Made by a program: the position numbers and the translations under genes | In this document: piece by piece, positions 11,685 through 23,042 of the stretch | How positions within the stretch are numbered: position 1 is the stretch's first letter | Layout of the letters: each line of letters begins with the position of its first letter | Source of the DNA: Octopus sinensis | Taxonomy: Eukaryota | Direction: 5' to 3' | Length of the DNA stretch: 50,701 nucleotides | Assembly: GCF_006345805.1 (NCBI RefSeq) | Contig: NW_021832351.1 | Coordinates: 1-50,701 of the forward strand | Notes under the pieces: generated by a model | Seen by the model: only the letters and a program-made list of their open reading frames with translations | Database searches by the model: none | What the model was told of the DNA's origin: nothing

Positions 11685-11816
11685 CCACTCCTGCGCCTCA
11701 ACACACCCACTCCTGCGGCTCCACACAGCCACTCCTGTGTCCCCACACAGGCACTCCTCCGCATCCACACACCCACTCCTGTGACTCCACACAGCAACTC
11801 CTGTGCCTCCACACAG
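11685..11816 (-). repeat. 22-bp minisatellite x6 derived from the family C SINE 5' end
   Basis: Unit (rc) AGGCGCAGGAGTGGCTGTGTGG matches the first 22 nt of the SINE at 46304 and (rc) near 21416. Confidence 0.9.
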
Positions 11817-12528
11817 CCATTCTGGCGGTATTATTATTATTATTATTATTGTTATTAGTCTTTTTCTCTTTATTATTATTGCTGCTCTTTCAGTTGTCGT
11901 TGTTGTTGTTGTTGTCGTTCTTGTTGGTTATGTAATGAACTCTGCTGCTGCTGCTGTTGTTGTTGTTGTTGTTGCTGCTGCTATTAATAGAGTCGTATTG
12001 TCATTGTTGTTGAAGTGACGAAATGCTCGTTGAGACGGTGATGGTAGCAATGGGAGGGAGGGAGGGAGGGAGGACCGACAAAGAATAGAATATGTTTGGT
12101 GGTGGTGGTGGTGGTGGTGATGGTGTTAGTGGTCGACGATGGCGTAAGAATTGCGTTCTACTTCCTTCATCACTTTTGCTCTGAAACCTTTCCGCTTTCG
12201 TTCCTCCCTAGAATGGGATCTTGAAAATATCAACTCACAAACAATGCTTCCCTCCATCGACACCATCTCCCGCCCCTCATTTCCTCCACCACTGCAGGCG
12301 TCGCCGTTGCCTCCCACCCCCGCACAACAGCAACCACAGGCTAATGAGGAATTTATTACGTGGTCGTTCATTCTGCTAGAAATAGTAGACAAACCCTCCT
12401 CTCAAATTACAGATTCACTTCTTAGAAAGAAATCTGCTTGTCTCTCGTCTGTCTATTGTCCTCAAGGTTTTGTGTTCGGCATTGGTGGCCAATAAAGAAA
12501 GAACTACCACCACCACCACCACAAACGA

Positions 12529-12700
12529 ATTAAGTCGATTATATCGACCCCAGTGGGTAACTGGTACTTATTTAATCGACCCCGAGAGGGTGAAAGGCAA
12601 AGTCGACCTCGGTGGAATTTGAACTCAGAACGTAACGGCAGACGAAAAACCTCTTAGCATTTCGCCCGGCGCCCTAACGTTTCTGCCAGCTCGCCGCCTT
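12529..12700 (-). mobile_element. Family A SINE, 3'-truncated
   Basis: Reverse complement of head AAGGCGGCGAGCTGGCAGAAACG through the central domain. Confidence 0.9.
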
Positions 12701-12754
12701 ATATACAAATCATTCATTAGAACAGGAAAAACGCTAATATAAATTTTAAACTGT

Positions 12755-12802
<48 letters not shown>

Positions 12803-12806
12803 AGTG

Positions 12807-12842
<36 letters not shown>

Positions 12843-13202
12843 AGTGCGTGTGTGTGTGTGTGTTACGTTCTGTTTTAGAGTTAGGTTGCGTGTCTTGTAA
12901 ACATTTATTGACGCTTTAATAGAAATTGAACCATTGATGAAGTACTACTAAAAAGAAAATAAGTATGTTAAATTGAGAGGAAGAAAAGAAAAGGAAAAAA
13001 GAAAAAGGAGGAAAAAAAGAAAGAGTAAAGTGCTTTATGTTATGTTTAAAAAATATTGCAAAATGGAAGAACAATTGTAGAGAATTTATATAACGGCTCA
13101 AATAATTGCAATGGTATGTAATACGATAGTTAATTGTGTAAATACATGATAAAAAGGGACTGTAAAAAAAAGATTAATGGTACTACATGTGATGATCAGC
13201 TT

Positions 13203-13274
13203 TCCCATGTAGTCTAGTGGTTAGGATTCCTGGCCTTCACCCAGGCGGCCCGGGTTCGATTTGCGGCATGGGAA
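13203..13274 (+). tRNA. tRNA-Glu(TTC) gene or recent pseudogene
   Basis: Acceptor stem TCCCATG/CATGGGA and anticodon arm CCTGG-CCTTCAC-CCAGG; near-identical to eukaryotic tRNA-Glu. It has U33C and one T-stem mismatch. Confidence 0.8.
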
Positions 13275-13288
13275 CGCGTACTTATTTA

Positions 13289-13529
13289 AAGGCGGCGAGC
13301 TGGCAGAAACGTTAGCAAGCCGGGCGAAATGCGAAACCGTATTTCGTCTGCCGTTACGTTCTGAGTTCTGAGTTCAAATTCCGCCGAGGTTGACTTTGCC
13401 TTTCATCCTTTCGGAGTCGATAAATTAAGTACCAGTTATATACTGGGGTCGATGTAATCGACTTAATCGCTTTGTCTGTCCTTGTTTGTCCTCTCTGTGT
13501 TTAGCCCCTTGTGGATAGGAAAGAAATAG
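13289..13529 (+). mobile_element. Family A SINE, full length
   Basis: Head through AAAGAAATAG tail; internal TTCTGAG duplication. Confidence 0.92.
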
Positions 13530-14314
13530 GTACTGCATATGATGAGGGGCGCATGCAACCATTCATAACCTCATTGTTATATAATCATCTCATTCATATT
13601 CGTTTTATGTATTGTCCCCTCTGTGGTGTCCTGTCTGTTCTTGTTTGTCCCCCTCTATTTTGGGCCCTTGTGGCTAATAAAGAAACTTGTAAACATTTAT
13701 TGACGCAAGTTGAGGTATGCTTGTGTTCTTATTTTTTAAGACGGTAGGCTGTAATTTTAGGGAAATTTAGCTACTATTTCTAGAAAGGCGAGTGACCATG
13801 TAGAGACTCGTTTGTTGCCTAGTGGTAGGAGTAGTAGTGGTGGTAGTGGTTGTGATTGGGGTGGTAGGATGTGATAGAAACTTATTGTTTATGAGTTTGA
13901 AATTTTCTAGTAATTTCCTTTGTAAGGGAAGAACGGAAATATCTACAGCGTTTCTTGAACCACACACAGCAACCCCACAAGTGTTCTGTGGTATGGGATT
14001 TAGTGTGTATACAATGTATGTTTGAGGGATGAGGAGTTTAGGGGAGTAGGTGATGATAAAAGTAGATTATATATAGAACACAATGTGACATTAAAAAAAT
14101 AGATTACGCAGACAAACTCACAAACAAATAAGTAATTGTCGACAATTCCGACAAATGAGCATCACATGGATAAATATAGATAGAGATAAATAGATAGATA
14201 GATAGAGAGAGGAAGAAGAGGAGTGAGAGGGAGGGAGGGAGGAAGAAAGATAGATAGATAAATCAACAGATTTATATATATATATATTATATTATATATA
14301 TGTATACAGAGAGA

Positions 14315-14351
<37 letters not shown>

Positions 14352-14367
14352 TTACTTGAAAATGGAT

Positions 14368-14610
14368 GCGTGGCATTCACAAGGCCTATCCTGTGTGACC
14401 CCTCCGTCCGGCATTCGCCATGATAGATCGCTAGTCACTACACATTCTTTATATTCTCTCCTTGTTTCTTTCTGTGTTCCTTTCTGTGGAAGAGCGTAGG
14501 CTCGAAACGTTAAAGACTTTTTCAATTCCCAAGCGTTATACTAATACATCTGTTTGTTGTCTACACCACCTGCCTTCGTCTTTTGTTTTTTGTGTGAATT
14601 CTCCCTATAT
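14368..14610 (+). mobile_element. PLE-like terminal repeat (family also at 26965 and 45490)
   Basis: Shared GAAGAGCGTAGGCTCGAAAC...GAGCGTTATACTAATACATCTG...CTTCGTCTTTTG, ending in (TA/CATA)n. Confidence 0.7.
14480..14515 (+). ncRNA. Minimal hammerhead-like fold (PLE type; palindromic ACGU stem III)
   Basis: CUUU-CUGUGGA-A-GAGC(GUAG)GCUC-GAA-ACGU-U-AAAG; core A6 is replaced by U. Confidence 0.6.
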
Positions 14611-14642
14611 ACATACAATACATACATACATACATACATACA

Positions 14643-14710
<68 letters not shown>

Positions 14711-14768
14711 ATGTATGTATGTGTGTGTGTGTGTATGTGTGTGTGTGTGTGTGTATATATAACTACAT

Positions 14769-14845
<77 letters not shown>

Positions 14846-14896
14846 GTGATAGAGAGAGAAAGTAAGATAGATAAATCAACAGATATATATATCGTC

Positions 14897-15276
14897 GTGG
14901 CATTCCGTCGGTTACGACGACGAGGGTTTCAGTTGATCCAATCAACGGAACAGCCTGCTCGTGAAATTAACGTGCAAGTGGCTGAGCACTCCACAGACAC
15001 TTGTACCCTTAACGTAGTTCTCGGGGAGATTTAGCGTGACACAGAGTGTGACAAGGCTGGCCCTTTGAAATACAGGTACCATAGACACAGGAAGAAAGAG
15101 TGAGAGAAAGTTGTGGTGAAAAAGTACAACAGGGTTCGCCTCCAACCCCCTGCTGGAGCCTCGTGGAGCTTTAGGTGTTTTCGCTCAATAAACACTCACA
15201 ACGCGCGCTCTGGGAATTGAAACCGCAATCCTATGACCGCGAGTCCGCTGCTCTAACCACTGGGTCATTGCGCCTC
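14897..15276 (-). mobile_element. Family B SINE with tail type A, full length
   Basis: Reverse complement of head, body and tail; homologous to 22678-23042. Confidence 0.9.
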
Positions 15277-15281
15277 ACACA

Positions 15282-15331
<50 letters not shown>

Positions 15332-15448
15332 TGACTGTTTAACAGCTTGTGAATAAATATTTTCTCTGTTCCATAAACCAAGAAACATTTTAATATATCG
15401 AATATTCGAAACTTGATTGAGTCCATAGACACCTGCTACATGTAATAT

Positions 15449-15522
<74 letters not shown>

Positions 15523-16616
15523 GAGAGAGAGAGTCGTTAAGGAGAGAAAAAGTAAGAGGAAGGGAAAGAGAAAAAGAGGAAGAAGTGAGAGAGAGAGAGA
15601 GAGACAGACAGAGGCGTTAAGGAGAGAAAAGGTAAGAGCAAAGGAGAGAGAGATTAAGTCCATATTAGTTATATAGATATACTAACGGGGAGAGCAGACC
15701 GGCATACATACGTACACACACGTACATACATACATGCATGCATACATACATACATGCTAAAAGTCTGCAAGACTTTCCTAAAACTTGAAGGGCGATACTT
15801 TATTCCGCAGCCTTGCTCCCAAGTAGGTGTCTCGTCAAAATTAATTCTAAATTTAAAAAGAGAAAGAGAACATACACGCTTGTATAACAGATAGACAGAT
15901 AAGGAAAAACAAAATGTGTTTTTGCTTTTTACCTCGATTCCTCGAAACAGTTCTGGGTGGACTTCTAAAATGACTTAAACCGAACTTGAACCAGAAAACT
16001 TTAAGACTGTCCGATCTTCAGTGAGTGGAGTGGGAAACGTAGGTCCTACACAAACGATTCGTACCACTACACGCAAATATTTTTATGGTAGACGTTCACG
16101 TGATTTGTTTGTTGACGTAACAATGAAATTCAACTCGGTCGTGTTTGACCAATGAAAGAACTTCTATCTGGTTGCTTGATCTTCTAGAAATAGTAACCAG
16201 GTCTTCCCCAAACTACAATTTAGCATCTTAAAAAGGAATGAGTGAAAAGATAATTTTGTGATTGATGGATTATGACTGGGCGTTGGAGAAACGGTATTCA
16301 TGTGACCAAAATGTTTTAGATAATCCCTCCAAAGGTTTTGGGCAGGGCTGTATTAGGGAGAAAAATATAACAAAGACAAAAACAACAGCAGCAGCAACAG
16401 CCGTCCAAGAATCTGGACCTGGAGATCTCCATTTCCAGCGACTTCGAGGGCCACTTCCCAGGGGCGTCAACGAAGTGCCCTCGACAGCAACAAGACAACC
16501 AAAGTTTTTTTTCAAGGTCTGGGGTCTCCCACCCCTAAGCCCTAGACCATCACCTAATCACCCCTACCCGTCTTGTTGCTTAACAACAACAACAACAACA
16601 GCAGCAGCAGCATCAG

Positions 16617-16992
16617 TGGAGGTGCAATGGCCCAGTGGTTAGGGCAGCGGACTCGCGGTCGGAGGATCACGGTTTCGATTCCCAGACCGGGCGTTGTCTG
16701 TGTTTATTGAGCGAAAACACTTAAAGCTCCACGAGGCTCCTGCAGGGGGTGGTGGTGACCCCTGTTGTACTCTTTCGCCACAACTTTCTCTCACTCTTTC
16801 TTCCTGTTTCTTGTCCCCGACTTCCTACGCAACCGCTGATCCTGGATGCGCATTCATCCATCCGTCGATGCTCTCGGTGTCGGGGGTTGACCTGCTTTAT
16901 CTTCTGCGGGTCTTACGAATAGCAAGGGACCACGTTACGGACTTCTCCCACTACTGGGACGAATACCGCTTCGCTCAACAAACAAACAAACA
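16617..16992 (+). mobile_element. Family B SINE with tail type B ending in (AAAC)n
   Basis: A/B boxes TGGCCCAGTGG / GGTTTCGATTCC; body shared with the other B copies; distinct 3' ~180 bp. Confidence 0.88.
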
Positions 16993-17687
16993 AACAAGCA
17001 GCAACCTATGGTTTGTGAAAAATATTCATGAATAGTAACCGATATTAGTGTTCGTACAAAAGCTTCAAGAGAATGAGATACAACAGAAAAAAAAAGGTAA
17101 AAATTAGGTAATTAAATAATGACATTACATTACATGACATTACATATAACCCTGGTGTTTTACATCTCCCCGAATACTGGTTAGAAAAAAAAGACACGTT
17201 TATAGTTCAGTATGTAAGTGGGTGTCGGCAGATTTAACTCATGGGGGAATTAAGCAGTGAAATTATAAAATATGCAGCGAGGAAAAAACAAAATAGACAA
17301 TGGCTAATATTACATTTTAATTTATTTTCTGCAAATACATGAAGTAACGCAAGAAAAGATTTGGCGTTTTTGTTTTCCTTTTGAAGTTTCGTTTATAAGC
17401 AGTGGGCAAATGCGAACACAATGGTGCAGAAACGCAAGGAATATACGCAAGAGAAATAGTGTAAAATGGAATCGTTTTGAAATGAGATTCGTTAAATGAG
17501 CTGCGGTTCCTAGTGAACTTATATGTATTCCAGGTCGCATGAATTGAAGTCAGAGTCTACTTTCTGCTAGACTATAAACAAGAAGACATTGCGACTGCGA
17601 GGTTTTCATTTGAACCAAACCGCTAATAGGAAAAATAATGACAAGTTTGAATTTGTATTTTTCTATGAAGCCATATATATTTAGATA

Positions 17688-18084
17688 CTAACAGTATAGC
17701 CCAGCGTTGCTCGGGCTTGTTTTCTTTTCGACACTTTAGAACTGGAACTTTTGAAAAGTAAACATTTTGCATTATGTAGCTTGTTATTCTCTTTAAGTGA
17801 ACATGTTTCTGGTTGAAATACACCGAAAAATGGCGACACAGCAGTCAAAAAATTGTAAAAAATAGGGATTTTCATAGAAAAGAAGCACCTTTCTGATGTA
17901 AATAATTTTTGGTGTTAACATGGTCCGATTTGAATGTTTTCTTCTACGAAAGAAAGAGCAAGCCTTCTTCTATCATACTCTCAATTTTGGTCAACTTGCG
18001 CCACAGGGTCTCGGAGGAGATAGTGTTAGTTGTAAGCTACCAAACCTGCCACACAAGACAACTTCAGCTTTATATAGAGAAAGA
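17688..18084 (-). mobile_element. Non-autonomous Helitron (3' CTAG decayed to TTAG)
   Basis: Inverted homolog of 19236-19632; 5' A|TC and 3' hairpin are present. Confidence 0.85.
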
Positions 18085-18408
18085 TTTAGTGTTGAACAAG
18101 AAACGTCGGACTTCTTAAGTTTCAATGTTACTCCATGGACCTCTCTGTTTGAAGTCATATCAAACAGAAACTCCAACAGGGAAAATGACAAACCATTATT
18201 TCCAAAATAACAAACAATTCGACTTCTTTGCTATTGCTTCGCCTTCGCTAAGGCGGAGGTAATATTTTCAGTCGTGTTTGTTTGTCTGTGGACAAAATAT
18301 CTCAAGAACCGCTGGATGTTTGGCCTCATGACTGGCATGAACTGATTAGATCTACTTATATCTACCTACCTACATAACTACCTACCTACGTAACTATCTA
18401 ACCTACCT

Positions 18409-18641
18409 ATCTATTTCTTTACTACCCACAAGGGGCTAAACACAGAGAGGACAAACAAGGACAGACAGACGGATTAAGTCGATTATATCGACCCCGGTGT
18501 GTAACTGGTACTTATTTAATCGACCCCAAAAGGATGAAAGGCAAAGTCGACCTCGGTGGAATTTGAACTCAGAACGTAACGGCAGACGACATACCGCTAA
18601 GCACTTCGCCCGGCGTGCTAACGTTTCTGCCAGCTCGCTGG
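18409..18641 (-). mobile_element. Family A SINE with ~54-bp flanking direct repeat
   Basis: Flank 18355-18408 is repeated at 18642-18699 with a 4-bp insertion. Confidence 0.9.
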
Positions 18642-19235
18642 CTTATATCTACCTACTTACCTACATAACTACCTACCTACGTAACTATCTAACCTACCTT
18701 CTTACCTATCTATCAACCTACATGCTTACGCACGTACGTACATAAATATACACAACGATATACACAAGCACACATCGCGCGTGCGCATACATACATATTC
18801 AGTTTGTTGCTAGTTCAAAATAATCTCATTAAAAGAATATTTCCTTTAAAATAATAAAAAAAAAAAACCTGTAAGTTGATCCACGTTTCATTCATGCTAA
18901 TTAAGCGTTAGTGTATCTTAGAAAAATAAGTTAATGATTAAGAACTCATTAAAATATTTCTCAACGTCGTATTATGTGCAGGAAATTCTAGAGTAACTTC
19001 CGTTATGACGAGCATCTCCTCAACAGACGGCAGGTATAGCACTCACTTATAACAACTTGATACAAACTTGAATTCATTTTCTTTTATTATTAAATTATTC
19101 ATGTTCAGTGAGTGGTCGTTAGGTGGCGGATAAAATAACTAGCTTAATGCTTACTTGTTTCTCTCGTTGTTCTGAGACCAAAATCTCCAAAGGCTGAGTT
19201 TGTCTTTAATCTCCTTCCGCGAGCCATAATATAAA

Positions 19236-19632
19236 TCTCTTTATATATAAAGCTGAAGTTGTCTGTGTGTGGCAGGTTTGGTAGCCTTCAAATAACACTA
19301 TCTCCTCCGAGACCCTTCGGCGCAAGTTGACCAAAATTGAAAGTATGATAAAAGAAGGCTTGTTCTTCATTCTGTAGAAGAAATAATTTCAATCGGCCCA
19401 TGTTAACACCAAAAATTATTTACATCAAAAAGGTGCTTTTTTTCCATGAAAATCCTTAGTTTTTACAATCTTTTGACTGCTGTGTCGCCATTTTCGGTGT
19501 ATTTCAACCAGTAAAATGTTCACTTAAAGAGAATAACATGCTACATAATGCAAAATTTTTACTTTTGAAAATTTCCAATTCTAAAAAGTCGAAAAGAAAA
19601 CAAACCCGAGCAACGCCGGGCCAAACTTCTAG
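19236..19632 (+). mobile_element. Non-autonomous Helitron
   Basis: Canonical A|TC start, 3' hairpin CCCGAGCAACGCCGGG (19605-19620), CTAG|T end, no TSD. Confidence 0.9.
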
Positions 19633-20255
19633 TTATCAATAAAGTACATATGGCCATCTTACTCAACTGTTCATCAATTTTTTTTTTTCTTTTAGTTTCA
19701 AACGATATTGTTGTTATTCTGGGGACAGCCCAGTATCTCTGCAGTCTGCGGGCACGCATATACACATACACACACGCACAGGCTGCAATCAAGCAGATAC
19801 GAGCACGCGCTCAGACGAGGACGCGCGCAGACGAGCACGCGCGCACACACGCCAAACACGTGAGAGCGTGCGCGTCCGCAAATATGTGCGTCTGTCTGAC
19901 GTTATGTTTATGCTAGAATCTCAAAATCGCTGTTTATGTTGTGTCTCAATATGTACCGCTCAACACATCATTTCACCATGTTTGGCTTGGCCTTTACACA
20001 ATGGAACCGTGAACTCCTGGCTTCGCAGAGAGCAGCGTTTTATTCTTTTATTCTTTTACTTGTTGTAAAAGCACAGCCTTTAGTCGAGCAAATTGACCCC
20101 AGGAGTTATTCTTTGTAAGCCTAGTACTTATTCTATCAGGGTCTTTTGCCGAACCGCTAAGTTACACAAACACACCAGCATCGGTTGTCAAGCGATAGTG
20201 GGGACAACCACACACACACACAATACATACATACCACACACACACACACACACAC

Positions 20256-20305
<50 letters not shown>

Positions 20306-20355
20306 CATTATATAAATACATACATATATATATAATATATATATTATATATATTA

Positions 20356-20386
<31 letters not shown>

Positions 20387-20433
20387 CATAATATATATAT
20401 ATATTATATACATACATATATCTATACACACAC

Positions 20434-20484
<51 letters not shown>

Positions 20485-20489
20485 CTTTA

Positions 20490-21095
20490 TATACCGCACC
20501 GCTCACACGGACCCCGGCCTTCTGAGTGCCTTGGATACCAATTCCTGGATTTTTACACCTACGGATTACTGTTACCATTCTTCCGGAGTACGCCACTGAA
20601 ATCGTGATTCGAAATCAAAAAAATTTGTCCGTGACTCTTTCACTTTTTCCTCGTCCTCTTTTTACCTTTCTTCTTCTACTTCCACTTTTCCACTTGTGTC
20701 GCCACCACTTACACCTACACAGACATTCACTACTTCTCAACATGCCTGACTTGCACTCGTTCCTCCAACACCTTCAATCTCTTCTTTGCCGTTTTCTTGC
20801 TCCCCCCACCAATGCTTGCAACCCGCACAAAAACGTTCTCACTTACTTTTTAAAAAAACTCGCCACTCTTTCTAACATTTCCTTCCAGTCATTCAAAATG
20901 TGACCTCGTGTGTACCGTTGGCGATTTTTTTTCCTCTGTTTTCCCTTCTCTGGATCTTTCCTTCTCCTATGTTCCGATGAAGAGCTCCGCTCGAAACGTT
21001 AAATCCTTCTTTCATTCTTTCCTGAGCGTCCAATAATACATTGTTCCCACGTCCCGGTTGTTGTGTTTTTTTTCTGCTTTCTTGTTTGGATTTGA
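20490..21095 (+). mobile_element. PLE-like 3'/terminal repeat fragment in (TA)n
   Basis: Contains the hammerhead-like motif at 20969-21004, followed by CCTGAGCGTCCAATAATAC like the 14368 family. Confidence 0.6.
20969..21004 (+). ncRNA. Minimal hammerhead-like fold
   Basis: CCGAUGA-A-GAGC(UCC)GCUC-GAA-ACGU-U; U4C substitution and weak stem I. Confidence 0.5.
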
Positions 21096-21214
21096 ACTAT
21101 ATATAAATATATATATGATATATATCTATATGCATATATATATACACCATATATATATGTGTGTGTATATATATAATACACATATTATATGTATATATAT
21201 ATGTACATATACAT

Positions 21215-21253
<39 letters not shown>

Positions 21254-21962
21254 CGACAGGCTTCTCTCAGTTTCCGTCTACCAAATCCACTCACAAGGCT
21301 TTGGTCCGCCCGAGGCTATAGTAGGAGACACTTGCCCAAGGTGCCACGCAGTGGGACTGAATCCAGAACCATGTAGTTGGTAAGCAAGCTACTTACCACA
21401 CAGCCACTCCTACGCCTATATATATATTTATTTTATTATAAATGCCAAACACCACACCACACCACACACTCGCCTCCCGAGTTTCATTTTCCATACAATA
21501 TGTGCGATTCTTTGTTTACTCATCTATGGTACACTAGGTATTTTCTTTTAATATATTTTAATTAATGTGTTATATTGTGCAGTACTGTACTGTATTTTTA
21601 TTTATTGGTTTTTAGGCGTGAAATAATACCTCAGAAATAATTAAAAATCTAAGGAAATATAAATAGCTATCGGCCGCAGAAACCCGTCGTATACTGAGGA
21701 GTCCGTGATATAAATATACATATATTAGCCAGAAATATCTGCGATGGACTGAGGGCGCGAGAGGTGAACCGCGATAAGACGAATGGTTTCTGTACCTGTA
21801 TATTACACACATAGCAAAAAGACTCTAACCCACATCCTAACACCTCCTTCGGCACCGCCCACACTCACACCCACTGGCTACACACGCACACACACACACA
21901 CACACACTCGCATGCGCTCACATATGAACATACACCAGGCGTACACATGCATAAACAAATGC

Positions 21963-22006
<44 letters not shown>

Positions 22007-22243
22007 GTACCTGACGTATTAGAATGCCTGCTTAACTAGAGTTATCTTATTTGATCAAATCGACCTCAGTATTATTTCAAGCCTAGTACTTATTTTAGCG
22101 CTCTCTTTTTGACGAATCTCTAATTTGCGGGAATGTAAACAAACCAGCATTGGTTATCAAGCGATGATAGACAAACCTAAATACGCACCTCGCAAAAAAA
22201 AATACAGAAACAAAAAAAAGACGCGTGATCACACACACACACG

Positions 22244-22282
<39 letters not shown>

Positions 22283-22677
22283 ACACACACACATACACAC
22301 ACATGCGTAGAAAAGTGCACGTAGTGGTGCGTGGGCAAACACGTATTCATATACAGTTACAGTTTTCTTGTTTATCTCTCTCTAGAAATACATCGTAATC
22401 TACCAAAATGCAAAGTACTGTTCGAAAAGGAATTTCATATTCATCCTTCAGCTATTTCCATATCTAATTTTCTAATTTTGTTATTTCCCGTCTCATCTCT
22501 CATTTTCCTATTTTTCCTATTTTTACTGATAAATGAATGTGAAATGTTGTGCAGACTAACAAATCATATACAGAGAACACGTAGCTGACACAATTAAAAA
22601 AATTACTATCACCTGTTTTAAATAAGAAATGATATTTGTGAATTATTTCAATACGAGATGTTAAAGATATGAATTAC

Positions 22678-23042
22678 TACGGCACTCCGTCGGTTACAAC
22701 GACGAGGGTTCCAGCTGATCCGATCAACGGAACAGTTTGCTCGTGAAATTAACGTGCAAGTGGCTGAGCACTCCACAGACACATGTACCCTTAACGTAGT
22801 TCTCGGGGAGATTCAACGACAGAAACAGGAAGAAACGGGTGCGACAGAAACAGGAAGAAAAAATGAGAGAAAGTTGTGGCGAAAGAGTACAGCAGGGTTC
22901 GCCTCCAACCCCCTGCCGGAGCCTCGTGGGGCTTTAGGTGTTTTCGCTCAATAAACACTCACAACGTCCGGTCTGGGAACCGAAACCGTGATCCTACAAC
23001 CACGAGTCCGCAGCCCTAACCACTAGGCCACTGCGCCTCCAC
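22678..23042 (-). mobile_element. Family B SINE with tail A and 15-bp TSD
   Basis: AAAGATATGAATTAC at 22663-22677 and 23043-23057. Confidence 0.95.

Larger units (their letters stand above)
20040..21416 (-). mobile_element. Family C SINE split by an expanded microsatellite and a PLE insertion
   Basis: 3' half at ~20040-20215 and 5' half at ~21250-21416, colinear on the minus strand. Confidence 0.75.

Noticed and set aside
16262-16642. 126-aa ORF as a gene
   Set aside because: Runs through (ACA/GCA)n repeats into a SINE head; no splice or homology support.
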